Notes: a model not told the origin generated them from the letters alone. Positions 9,701 through 18,165 are shown, counted from the stretch's first letter. The stretch: DNA of 58,589 bases from Actinomycetes bacterium (GCA_021791755.1 JAJYWA010000004.1:1-58589), one strand, 5' to 3'. Numbers and translations: made by a program.

Positions 9701-10211
9701 GCCGCGCCAGCATGGGCGGCTCCAGCTGGCGTCCACGGTAGGAAGTGACTGGCAGCGGTTTCTTGATCTCGCAGGCCAGGGATCGCCAATCTGCCTCGAA
9801 CAGGCTATGTCGCTCGTACGGGGTGAAGCGTTTCAAGGCTTGAGAGCCATTGACTGGATCGTGCTCGAGGGCTTTGTCGCGAACATCGAGGCGCAGGTGG
9901 TCGATGTCGCGACAGGTCTTGCGGAGCACTTCTTAGGGGTGGGGGATGCATCTGGCGCCGAGTGGGCCGCGAGGCAGGGTCTCAGGATAAGCCACTACGA
10001 CGAGAGGCTATACCGAGTGCTCATGCGTGCAGCCGACGCTGCTGGCAACCCGGCGGGAGTGGAGAGGGTCATGGACGAACTGACGAGCCTTGTCGCCGAG
10101 GAGGTTGAACCTTACGACATGGTCCATCCGGAGACGGCTGCCCTTTATGCGCGCCTTGCCCGCGGTAGGAGGGCCCCGGCGTTTCAACAACGGGCTGCGC
10201 AACGCGCGTGA
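6723..10211 (+). CDS. Membrane protein: 3 TM - LysM - TM - FtsK/EccC-like relic domain - wHTH/BTAD (SARP-type) regulator
   Basis: LysM YTVQSGDTLWSIA (~7401-7575); TM ~7790-7850 followed by an Arg-rich stop-transfer; 'VEVAVLGPVEI...ELVVYLAMH...WP' wHTH; BTAD-like 'AMSLVRGEAF...AARQGL...YDERLYRVLMRA...HPETAALY'; GAGGAGG SD. Confidence 0.85.
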   Translation: MTRLILPRRKLATILSAVGSLTVLSAVLCGSPILLVMVMPSPIPSRWPSPSDLASRALSPPAMHVWLSVLSVLAWLAWLWFLAVVTIEVVAAARGMKAPRVPGVRVGQNLARWLVGSIVLVVLLHAEGQCLTHGRVAAQREPASISAVLASSDVSTGPAVVMEVARTRSTVGGPSESFPAPRRHQGAPTDLSSDPEENGQSSVRAATTARTTASTTASEQKPQPKPGTYTVQSGDTLWSIAARELHDPLRWTEIARLNYARPQSNGGALTASHWLQRGWVLAMPHAEPASVGRAGSYQTVSNQAPHAVSSPSAPDVQDDRHGSGSTKDEIEGCSNTVVAGPQDTRAVGAPSGGGRGVPLVPIGGSLLGLGVVATLEHMRRAQQRHRGRGRSIRLPDAELLETERRLRSSDDRDASKLIACGLEVLGSSLAEHPEGATPAVIGARLSGTFLEIMVDSRCWSPRAVVQPFEARHGSGSWFVERRNLAVMANGAGGDRDRNRLKGAAFPSFVSFGRDPAGLVLANLEAAGSLAVSGPKELVVGTLAGMALELASSPWAYCADICLVGLGAKMPVLERITTFESVSQVIAHLEVRASDSEKLLKASGFSRCDFARICCGDADWEPTIVLCAQDLSRSEADELVEVVGDGSLGLAVVMATEESSARWTAEIIRGKLRIEPLGVTVHPQPLGEHDLGSICRLLDLAANVSDSGVPEPVEAYGSPSGPQGAAHHSSVGAPGSVGSGELNRATGSVRSDAESTYPTARLVRAVSGVFPQARRRAEVSAAPDPGTDCELEGISKATHMLAIIDDPGSLATRTPAQAQVQDQPTPDKPLQGEPAGGDQRDLGTPASCAPVSVCLATARARLPAGDLAGSLEDGGFGHERQTERTPEQSAPLPRGDGGGPLRASGRREAPARTDVEVEVAVLGPVEIRGAERPTRRAGATELVVYLAMHRSGVASDAWAAAIWPDRVMAPSSLHSTASEARRALGRSKSGQDHLPRQHGRLQLASTVGSDWQRFLDLAGQGSPICLEQAMSLVRGEAFQGLRAIDWIVLEGFVANIEAQVVDVATGLAEHFLGVGDASGAEWAARQGLRISHYDERLYRVLMRAADAAGNPAGVERVMDELTSLVAEEVEPYDMVHPETAALYARLARGRRAPAFQQRAAQRA

Positions 10212-10283
10212 TGCCCGAGCTGCCAGGTCCTCTCATGGCCGGCTGCGATCGGGAACGCCCGCGCCTGCGCTAAGGTCATCTGG

Positions 10284-10826
10284 ATGCTCATCAACGGCGT
10301 GCTTCGTGAGAAGATGGGCTTGCTGGATCTGCGGGTAGACTCGGCCTTCGACCGGCTCAGGGGGAAGCGAAGTCTGGATGTGCTCTTCTATGGCGCGTCA
10401 GCGATTGGCGACCATGGGGCCCTCTGGGTGCTGGTCTCTGTCCTGCGGGGCGTGCAACCCAAGCATCGCCTGCGTGCAAAGCGCACGATCGTTGCCGCTG
10501 GCATAGAGTCCGTCTTCGTGAACCTGCTCTTGAAGTCCCTGTTCAAGAGGAGTCGGCCATCAAACGATGGTCCGCACCCGCTCCCGTTGCGGATACCGCG
10601 AACCAGCAGCTTCCCGAGTGGGCACACCACTGCCGCCTTCTGTGCGGCGACGCTGCTTGCTGAAGGTGATCCCCTGTGGCCGGCGTACTATGCCATGGCA
10701 TCAGTGGTGGCCGCGAGCCGTATTCATGTTCGGCTTCACCATGCCTCGGACGTGCTTGCGGGTGTTGCTCTCGGCTCCGCGCTGGGGCGCATAGGCAGGC
10801 GGCTGGTCCCGCTGGAGCGCAGCTGA
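10284..10826 (+). CDS. PAP2-family phosphatase
   Basis: Motifs KSLFKRSRP, SFPSGH, SRIHVRLHHASD. Confidence 0.92.
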   Translation: MLINGVLREKMGLLDLRVDSAFDRLRGKRSLDVLFYGASAIGDHGALWVLVSVLRGVQPKHRLRAKRTIVAAGIESVFVNLLLKSLFKRSRPSNDGPHPLPLRIPRTSSFPSGHTTAAFCAATLLAEGDPLWPAYYAMASVVAASRIHVRLHHASDVLAGVALGSALGRIGRRLVPLERS

Positions 10827-10937
10827 ACAGGAGGTCTCCGTGCTATGGGGTGGACGTCGTGCCGCGAGGAGCCCTGACGTCCGAGGCGCGAAGGCCCGTG
10901 AGCGGCGCGGACCATATGAAGCAGTGTCCACGGCTGG

Positions 10938-11303
10938 TCAGGCGGGACCTCCCGTGATCATTAGGTCACGGAGGACGATCGCCCCGGAGCGCTCCACGTC
11001 ACGGGTGGCCGTGAGCAGGACGACGCCTCGAAGGTTAGCAATGCTCCGCAGTCGTTCCAGTGCGGTCGATCCAGGTTCTCTCGTAAGCTCCTCTTGGTAA
11101 CGGTGGGCGAAGTCGTCGAAACGGGCAGGTTCGTGTCCGTACCAGCGGCGAAGCTCGGTGCTCGGGGCGACGTCTGTCGCCCACTCGTCGAGATCAAGCG
11201 CGGCCTTCGTGATCCCGCGGGGCCAAAGCCGATCGACAAGCGCCCGGTGCTCTGTGAGGCGGCGCCCGGGGTCCTTGTAGACTCTTACGACCTCGATGTC
11301 CAT
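10938..11303 (-). CDS. DUF488/YeaO-family protein
   Basis: RVY...LVDRLWPRGITK...APSTELRRWYGH...F..RY.EEL. Confidence 0.92.
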   Translation of the reverse strand: MDIEVVRVYKDPGRRLTEHRALVDRLWPRGITKAALDLDEWATDVAPSTELRRWYGHEPARFDDFAHRYQEELTREPGSTALERLRSIANLRGVVLLTATRDVERSGAIVLRDLMITGGPA

Positions 11304-11682
11304 CCAGCCTCAGGCGACCCTTGTCCCGCCCGGAAACCGAGGGCAGCTACGCGTGGTCGTTGTCATCTCCACGACCAGAATACCCTCTCGCAGACCCTCG
11401 CACATTCAAACGCCGTCGACCAGGTTGAGCAATGCCGCGCCGAGGTATGGCTCAGGCCCGTGAACGCCACACAGAGCGTCTCACGCTGTGGCGACCGTAA
11501 GTACTCGGTGAACCAGGAGGTGGCTCAGGCCGCATGGGTCGGGATCTGGTGCGACGAGCGCTTGGGGGAATGGCTCAACACTTCAATATCGCCCGGCTCG
11601 TCAGGCGAGACAGAGGTCTGTACTTTCGGGCGTCGACCGGAAAGCTCCCGCCAGGTGGCTGGTGGCTCCGCCCCCTCAGGCC

Positions 11683-12495
11683 TCAGGCGGCGTGGCGGGT
11701 CGCATAGAAAACCGCGAGCACAGAGCCGAGTGGTAGCTCCTTTGGTATCGTACGGCCAATCACGACGGGAATCGCAGGCACGCCAGTCGCCATTGATATA
11801 GCGTGCGCCCTCTTTGCGGCCCTCTCCACGTCATGAGCGTCGACTGTGATCGACGCCTCCGCCACGACGTAGACGCGTTCGTGCGTGTCGCGTCTTTCGG
11901 CCTCGACGATCATGTTGGCAACAAGAGCGTCTCTGCAGTTGTCCTCGGTGATACGACCGTCCTCGACGGCTGCATCGAACAGCTCGATCAATGATTCTTT
12001 ATCGGACTTCACCACTCGGCGAAAACCCGGTCCCGTGCGGGAAAGAATCGCTTGTAGATTAGTCTCTGCACGCCTCTCGTACTCGCTGCCCTGCAAGTCG
12101 CCGACCTGGTTCTCCAAGTTGCCGACCTGGCCCTGCAAGTTGCCGACCTGGCCCTCCAAGTTGCCGACCTGGCCCTGCAAGTTGCCGACCTGGCCCTGCA
12201 GGCGGTCGAAGCGCCGATTGGCGGTGTCCATGAACTTGTGAAGGGTTGCCTCCGTGCGTTGCTGTGCTGCTGCGAGCTCTTCTACGCGAGCCTCCGTGCG
12301 TTGCTGTGCTGCTGCGAGCTCCTCTACGCGAACTGCGAGCTGGTCTACGCGAGCCGTGAGCTCCTCCACGCGAACTGCGAGCTTTCCGACTATTGATGGC
12401 AGCTCCAACATCTCGTCTCCGAGCAGAGCCGCGCGGAGAGCAGCCTTGAGCCCTGGGTCGTTCTCGACCTCCCGGATGATGCCGATCGTGTCCAT
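11683..12495 (-). CDS. Heptad-repeat coiled-coil protein with a C-terminal PD-(D/E)XK-like domain
   Basis: EELAAAQQRTE and (LQGQVGN)n heptads; 'GSEYE', 'ANMIVEA...VYVVAEAS.TVDAHDVERAAKRA...AIPVVIG'. Confidence 0.7.
   Translation of the reverse strand: MDTIGIIREVENDPGLKAALRAALLGDEMLELPSIVGKLAVRVEELTARVDQLAVRVEELAAAQQRTEARVEELAAAQQRTEATLHKFMDTANRRFDRLQGQVGNLQGQVGNLEGQVGNLQGQVGNLENQVGDLQGSEYERRAETNLQAILSRTGPGFRRVVKSDKESLIELFDAAVEDGRITEDNCRDALVANMIVEAERRDTHERVYVVAEASITVDAHDVERAAKRAHAISMATGVPAIPVVIGRTIPKELPLGSVLAVFYATRHAA
12094..12331. repeat. Intragenic tandem repeats: 5 x 21 bp (12094-12198) and 2 x 42 bp (12248-12331)
   Basis: caagttgccgacctggccct(g/c) x5 (first copy degenerate); gcctccgtgcgttgctgtgctgctgcgagctc(t/c)tctacgcga x2. 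Confidence 0.95.
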
Positions 12496-12700
12496 GTCTG
12501 TATCCTACCTCATCTGCTGTCTTTGATTGATGTCTCTAGTGCCTTCACATAGTACCACATGGGATTGCCCGCTCCATCGGTGCTCTCAATGCCATCTCTG
12601 ATCACTCTGGCAAGCATTCGGTTGATTATCTCCTTCTTCATGCCGGTTTGTCCCGACTTGGTGGAATTGGAATGGTGGTTCTCCGCCTCGGGCGCCCTGT

Positions 12701-12960
12701 TGGTTTGCGTCGGACTTCGTGACAGTGATCGGGCTTGGGATCGACCAGCGCCCGCGGGTCTTCACGACCAGTGGAGGAGCATTCGATCAAGGGCGATCCA
12801 GACGGTGGGGCCGGCCGTGCCGGGAGGTGACCGTAATCGAGGCTGCGGAGCGCTGGCGCGCGGACCAGGGTGCCATGATGCGGTCCGCACGGTGGCGAAG
12901 GAGGGCGCGCTCAAGGCGTTGACGAGCTCTCGCCCGGGGCCGAGTCAAAGCAGCCACCAA
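12701..12960 (+). pseudogene. Degenerate IS transposase N-terminal HTH (OrfA-like) remnant
   Basis: Joining two frames gives 'REVTVIEAAERWRADQGAMM / VRTVAKEGALKALTSSRPG', resembling actinobacterial IS HTH ORFs recalled from memory; TG-starting candidate IR tggtttgcgtcggacttcgtgaca at 12701. Confidence 0.5.
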
Positions 12961-13193
12961 GAAGACGCAGGTCGGCGCTGACCAAGGCCGCTGGCGACTC
13001 TTGCCGCCATGAGCCGCTTGCCACTACCTGTGTGATCATAGACTCTAGCGTGGCTATCGGTTCCGTGCGCCTGCGTGTCGTGGTGAAAACGCTCAGCGAT
13101 CCGCTGGCGGCTTTCCTTCGGCGGGGTGGCCAACTGCTGGAGCATCTATGAGCGATACAGAGCGCATGGATGTACGTCTGGTAGAGTGTTGTC

Positions 13194-13811
13194 GTGAACC
13201 TGACACAGTGGGCCCGATCACAAGGTGTGCATCCGCAGACCGCCTACCGGTGGTTTCGCAACGGGACCCTGCCTGTCCCGGCAGTCAGAGTAAATGCTCG
13301 CACGGTTCTGATATCCACCGAGACCATTCGGGACACTGACCGCCAAGCGCTCGGTCTCTACGCGAGGGTCTCCTCTCATGACCAGAGAGGTGACCTGGAC
13401 CGCCAGGTGGCGCGTCTGTCGGAGTGGGCGGCCAAGGAAGGCCATGTCGTCGTTCGCGTCGAGGCCGAGGTCGGCTCGGGGATGAACGGCTCACGGGCGA
13501 AGCTGCGGAGGCTGCTCGCAGATCCCAAGGTGACGACCGTCGTCGTCGAGCGCCGTGACCGTCTTGCCCGCATGAACGCAGAGTTGGTGGAAGCAGCCCT
13601 GGGCGCCCACGGGCGCCGCCTGGTGGTCCTCGACGAAGAAGAGATCGACGACGACCTGGTGAGAGACATGACCGAGGCGCTAACCAGCTTCTGCGCTCGG
13701 CTCTACGGCCCTCGTTCGGCGCGCAACCGGGCCATCAAGGCGCTCAACTGCGCCAAGCACGACGTTGGACCGGCGGCGCTGTCTGAGCCTAGTGGGAAAC
13801 TTTGTAGATGA
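13194..13811 (+). CDS. tnpA: IS607 TnpA serine recombinase (N-terminal HTH plus resolvase domain), intact
   Basis: MNLTQWA...GVHPQTAYRWF; YARVSSHDQRGDLDRQ; EVGSG; RDRLAR; DDLVRDM...SFCARLYG. Confidence 0.96.
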   Translation: MNLTQWARSQGVHPQTAYRWFRNGTLPVPAVRVNARTVLISTETIRDTDRQALGLYARVSSHDQRGDLDRQVARLSEWAAKEGHVVVRVEAEVGSGMNGSRAKLRRLLADPKVTTVVVERRDRLARMNAELVEAALGAHGRRLVVLDEEEIDDDLVRDMTEALTSFCARLYGPRSARNRAIKALNCAKHDVGPAALSEPSGKLCR

Positions 13812-15437
13812 GCAGGCGTGGACCGGCGTTGCGCACGCTGGCCGAGACCTTCGTGGTCGCTCCTCCTCGTGGGGCGCGGGTGCGCGCCCGCCTGTTCGTC
13901 AGCGATGCCGACGATGGTGTCCTCGAGGCGCTCGGGGCCCATCTCGGGCGCCTGGCATCGAAGGACCTGTCCCGGCGAGCGGCCGAGGGCGCTCTCGGGG
14001 CCAAGGCCAGAGCGGAGTCGCGCCCGGGGCCGCAAACGAGAGCTCACGGCCAAGTCGAGCTCTCGCTGGGCGGGGGCGATCACCAGGTACAGTGCGGACG
14101 CCTACGGCCTCGCCAAGCGCAACCTCGTCACCGAGCGAAAGTCGCTCATGGCGCGAGTCGCGAAGATCAAGGGCCGGGTGTCGCTCGCCCCGGGTGAGAC
14201 CAAGGGCAAGCGCCACGGCTGTGGGAGCGCTGCCGAGCGCTTCGAGAGGCAGATGCGCCGCCAGGCGCGCTCCGCCCGCCTGGCAGTGGTGGAGGCCTAA
14301 CTGTCCTCCGGGCATCTCCGCATCCGCCGGGGCGGCAAGCGCCTGGCCCGGAACTGCCAATACCTCTAAGCCGCAGTTCAGACCGCTGAGCAGTGGCGGT
14401 CCGAGTGGACCGCTGAGCGGTTCTTCGTCGCCGCTGACAGAGAGGCGGACAAGGCGTGGGGCAACGAGACCATCCGCTGGCGCCACGTCGAGGGGTGGTG
14501 GAGGGATCAAGCTGCCGGCGCTGCTCGCCAGCCTCGCCAACCGACCGCACGGGCGCTACCGCATCTCCTGCGCTCTCTCCTGGTCGCATCGCGGAGACGA
14601 GGTGGTCGCTCAGGCGATCAGCGGAGCCATCCGTTACGACATCCATCTGGATCCGGACAAGGACCGTTGGCGCTCCGACGCTTCCTGGAAGACCAATGCC
14701 GTGGCTCTCATCATCCTGGCCCAGCTCCGGCGCGGACCGGTGGTGGCGCGGTCGACCTGAACGTCGGGCGCCTCGCCGTGGCGGTCCTCGACCCTTCTGG
14801 AGACACGGTGGGGGCGCCGGCGACGATTCCCCTCGTCACAGACGGGCTCCCGTCTTCTACCCGCGACGCCAGGATCAGTGACGCCATCTCCCAGGTGCTC
14901 GCCATCGCCAATGGGCGCGATGCCGGATCGGTCGTGATCGAAGACCTCTCCTTCGACGCCTCACGCTCCGAGGGCCGGGAGCACACCGGCAACCGCCCCT
15001 CGAGGGGTAAGAGGGGCAAGACCTTCTGCTGGCGCATCTCCGGCCTGCCGACCGCCAAGCTGCGCGACCGGCTCACCCAGATGGCCGCCAACGCCGGGGT
15101 GGCGGTCATCGCCGTCGGCCCTGCCTATACCTCGAAGCGGGGCGCCGAGCACTGGCTCGCTCCACTACGAGAGCAACACCCGCACCAAGACCTGACCGGT
15201 CATCACGCAGCAGCGGTGGCGATCGGCAGACGCGGGTTCAGACAGCGACTCCGGAGACGGGGCAGGAGCGCTTGGACCTCACCAGAGGATGGGGGACGAG
15301 ACACTGCGAGTGTCTCCGAAGGAGACCATGCCGGTGAGCTCTACCGGCCTGGTCGAGCCCGTAGCGCCCAGGGGCCCGAAGCAAATGCAGAGCGCGAGGC
15401 TGGGATCGAATGGCCTGTCGCCGGCAGGCTGAGGTAA
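13808..15437 (+). pseudogene. tnpB: TnpB-related RuvC protein broken by about 3 frameshifts and in-frame stops
   Basis: Pieces in different frames: LRTLAETFVVAPP..; RKRELTAKSSSRWAGAIT..VVEA* (TAA 14298); RGGKRLAR..WGNETIR; IKLPALLASLANRPHGRY; AVDLN (RuvC-I), VIEDL (RuvC-II), PAYTSKRGAEHW, HHAAAVAIGRR. Confidence 0.88.
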
Positions 15438-15548
15438 GGCGCCCGTAAGACCGCAGCGCTCACCGGGAGCGGAGGGGCCCAGGAGACCCAGGACCGTTCG
15501 GGGCCTCCTATTGAGCGAATATCATGATCGCTCAGTGGTTAGGAACGG
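15438..15548 (+). ncRNA. Predicted omegaRNA/reRNA scaffold region at the IS607 right end (5' boundary unknown)
   Basis: Position expected from TnpB biology; hairpin tgagcga-N9-tcgctca (15512-15534); aggaacgg end. Confidence 0.4.
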
Positions 15549-16429
15549 TATGCCTCTTGGTCCTGGTGATGCTCGGGGTTGAGCAGTCGGGTCTCGGCGA
15601 GGTTTTCGGTGAGGACTGCGTCAGCGAGCCGTGGCCACCGCAGCGCTGCCCACGCACCGAAGTCGTGGTCGCTCAATGACACGCATGCAAGGTTTCTGTC
15701 AGGGTCCACCCAGATGAAGCTGCCTGAACGACCGAAGTGGCCGAAGGTGCTCTCCGAGCAGAGACCACCGGTCCAGTGAGGGTGCTTGCTGTCTCGGATC
15801 TCGAGTCCTAATCCCCAGTCGTTGGGCGACTGATGCCCGAACCCGGGCAGGACGCCGCTCAAGCCTGGGAACGCTACCCGTGTCGCCTCGGCAAGGGTAG
15901 CTGGAGCGATGGCCTGGGGGGACAAGAGCTCTCGTGCCAGTAGCGCAAGATCTGCGAGGGGGCCTGACATTCCTGACGCCGGGGACCCTTCGAGCGTGGT
16001 GGACGTCATCCCGAGTGGTGAGAGCACAGCCTCGTCGAGGTATACGCCGAAGGGTACGCCGGATTGGGTGGCTACGTGCCTCGCGAGGAGATCGAAACCG
16101 AAGTTCGAGTAGATGCGCCTCCGACCCGGCGCCGAGAGGACCCGATCGTCGTCGGTCGCGAGGCCGGATGCGTGCGCAAGGAGGTGCCTGACGGTAGAGC
16201 CTGGCGGGCCGCACGGTTCATCCAGGTCTACAGTTCCTTCCTCGGAGGCGACGAGGACTGCGAGCGCTGTGGCGACCTTCGTCACCGAGGCCCACCTCAG
16301 CGGGACGTCCATAGAACCCTCCCAGTCGATGACGCGTGGCTCGCCTTCATGCGCTGACACGACAGCCGCTGCCACTGTGGTCGCTGGCCAGGTTTTCACC
16401 TGGTCGAGGGCCCGTGCGACGTTTATCAC
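15539..16429 (-). CDS. Serine hydrolase, beta-lactamase family (ORF is open to 16438)
   Basis: SxxK (ASVTK), LLAHASG, YSN, FGHFG; stop codon lies inside the IS607 end; TAGAGT-N7-GTG supports start 16429. Confidence 0.9.
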   Translation of the reverse strand: MINVARALDQVKTWPATTVAAAVVSAHEGEPRVIDWEGSMDVPLRWASVTKVATALAVLVASEEGTVDLDEPCGPPGSTVRHLLAHASGLATDDDRVLSAPGRRRIYSNFGFDLLARHVATQSGVPFGVYLDEAVLSPLGMTSTTLEGSPASGMSGPLADLALLARELLSPQAIAPATLAEATRVAFPGLSGVLPGFGHQSPNDWGLGLEIRDSKHPHWTGGLCSESTFGHFGRSGSFIWVDPDRNLACVSLSDHDFGAWAALRWPRLADAVLTENLAETRLLNPEHHQDQEAYRS

Positions 16430-16655
16430 CAGCTTCACTCTAGCGGTGAGCCGGGCCTGGGCAAGGGAGCGCGGGCGAAGCTGGGATGGTGCGTGGGCAA
16501 CGGTGCGGCCGTCGGTTGCGCGCGGTCAGCGATCTGAGCGCGCAGTTCGGTGCCGATGCGGTAGTGCCATCAGCACGTGCCCGCGGTATGGTGGGCAAAG
16601 GCGACTGCAACGGCATGAGATGCGAGGTGACGACTGCGATGAAGCCGTGGTGGAG

Positions 16656-16826
16656 ATGAGCTCGAAGCTGAAGAGTGTGGGACGACAAGTGGCGAGCAAG
16701 CCGAGGCTGATCGGACTTGGGGTCTGGATCACCGCGTACGTACTGGGTGCAATGGGAATCGAGGCATTGCTGCGGCGCCGGAAGAGAGTGGCGGGTACGC
16801 GCGATGATCGCCAGTCGGAACGATAG
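16656..16826 (+). CDS. Small single-TM hypothetical protein (56 aa)
   Basis: GGAG before ATG; hydrophobic LIGLGVWITAYVLGAMGIEALL followed by RRRKR. Confidence 0.45.
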   Translation: MSSKLKSVGRQVASKPRLIGLGVWITAYVLGAMGIEALLRRRKRVAGTRDDRQSER

Positions 16827-16835
16827 GCTCCTAGC

Positions 16836-17975
16836 ATGCCCCCAGAGAAGCCGCATTGGGCGCAGCTGTACAGCGAGGTCGTTACGTCGGGGCTCTGTAC
16901 AGGTTGCGCAGGGTGTGTGATCGCCTGCCCCTACGACGTCCTCACCTACGATGACCGCGCCTCGTTTCGGCCGATCCACGTAGACGAGCACGGAGGCGCG
17001 CAGGACTGCACCTACGGCGCTCGCGGGTGCACCCTGTGCACGAGGGCTTGTCCTCGCTTCCGCACGTGGGAAGCCGAGTGTGACACCTACCTGTTCGGGC
17101 GCCAGAGGGAACCCTCGGAGGTGGCCGGCCAGTACATCGAGGTCACGCTGGCGCGCGCGACCGATGCCGATGTGAACCATGCCGGCCAGGATGGAGGCTT
17201 GGTCTCCGCGTTGCTCATATGGGCGCTCGAGACGAAGATGGTGGACGCAGCCCTCGTGTCGTACCTCGAGGGAGATGGCCGCAGCTGGCGGGCGGTGCCG
17301 GGAGTAGCTCGCTCTCGTGACGAGGTGCTTGCGAGCGCGGGATCGCGTTACACGTACAGCGCGAACACGCTTGCTTACAAGGATGCCGTAGAGGGTGGCG
17401 CCCAGCGGCTGGCTCTGGCTGCGATGAGCTGCCAGGCATCTGCTCCTGCCGTCATGGCCAGCCGGAAGGCCGGCAAGGTCGCCAGGAGGTTCGAGCTGAA
17501 TATCGGCTTGCTGTGCTCGAAGACCTTTGACGATGCGATCTTCACCGCGCTCTTCGACAAGCGTTATGGCCTCCGGCGCGAGGAGATTGCGAAGATCAAC
17601 ATCAAGGGCGTCTTTGAGATATGGCTGCGGGACGGCAGCTATCACGAGGTCCCGCTCGCCGAAGGCTATGAGTGGACTCGCGCAGGCTGCATGGCATGCC
17701 CGGACTTCTCTGCCGAGCATGCTGATATATCTGCTGGCGGTATTGGCGCCTTTGATGATTGGACATTGGCAATCGTGCGCACCGAGCGTGGTAGCGAAGT
17801 CATGGAGGCCGCTTGTGCAGACGGGGTCATCGAGAAGCGGCCGATCGATGACGATCCGGCAGCTGTAACGCTGCTTCGCAAGCTGTCGAGAGTGAGCAGG
17901 CGGCGCTGGCCCGAAGACGCGGACCCAGGCCCGCGATTAGTGGCGAAGACCGAGGTGCCGTTGGCAAGCCGCTGA
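16836..17975 (+). CDS. FrhB/FdhB family (F420 hydrogenase/dehydrogenase beta subunit) with N-terminal ferredoxin
   Basis: CTGCAGCVIACP, CTLCTRACP, GQDGGLVS, AGSRY, IGLLCSKTF, CMACPDFSAEHADISAG. Confidence 0.92.
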   Translation: MPPEKPHWAQLYSEVVTSGLCTGCAGCVIACPYDVLTYDDRASFRPIHVDEHGGAQDCTYGARGCTLCTRACPRFRTWEAECDTYLFGRQREPSEVAGQYIEVTLARATDADVNHAGQDGGLVSALLIWALETKMVDAALVSYLEGDGRSWRAVPGVARSRDEVLASAGSRYTYSANTLAYKDAVEGGAQRLALAAMSCQASAPAVMASRKAGKVARRFELNIGLLCSKTFDDAIFTALFDKRYGLRREEIAKINIKGVFEIWLRDGSYHEVPLAEGYEWTRAGCMACPDFSAEHADISAGGIGAFDDWTLAIVRTERGSEVMEAACADGVIEKRPIDDDPAAVTLLRKLSRVSRRRWPEDADPGPRLVAKTEVPLASR

Positions 17976-18165
17976 TCGCGGGGAGCAGCTTGCTTCGTTG
18001 GAAGTGATCGTGGAGGACCAACTCGCCCTTCCGGCGGCGATGATCACTGCGGTACTGGTTGGTGTGGTGTCCGGTGGCGGTTTCCGGTAGGCAGGTCTGA
18101 CTACGGCGCTGGTTGCCGCGGTGCCCAGCGGCACGGTACGGCTTGTTACGGTGCTTAGGAGGCGC

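Larger units (their letters stand above)
13130..15548 (+). mobile_element. IS607-family insertion sequence (tnpA plus decayed tnpB)
   Basis: Serine recombinase plus TnpB; GG at 13128-13129 and 15547-15548; related end motifs ctatgagcgata (left) and ctattgagcgaata (right); no terminal IR or TSD seen. Confidence 0.85.

Noticed and set aside
11304-11682. Recurrent (a)tggctca(ggcc) motifs as a mini-CRISPR, and ORF 11094-11801
   Set aside because: Repeats are short, irregular and degenerate with no cas genes; the ORF overlaps real genes on the opposite strand and has no motifs.
12094-12198. 21-bp repeats as a CRISPR array
   Set aside because: Head-to-tail with no spacers; they encode heptads in frame.
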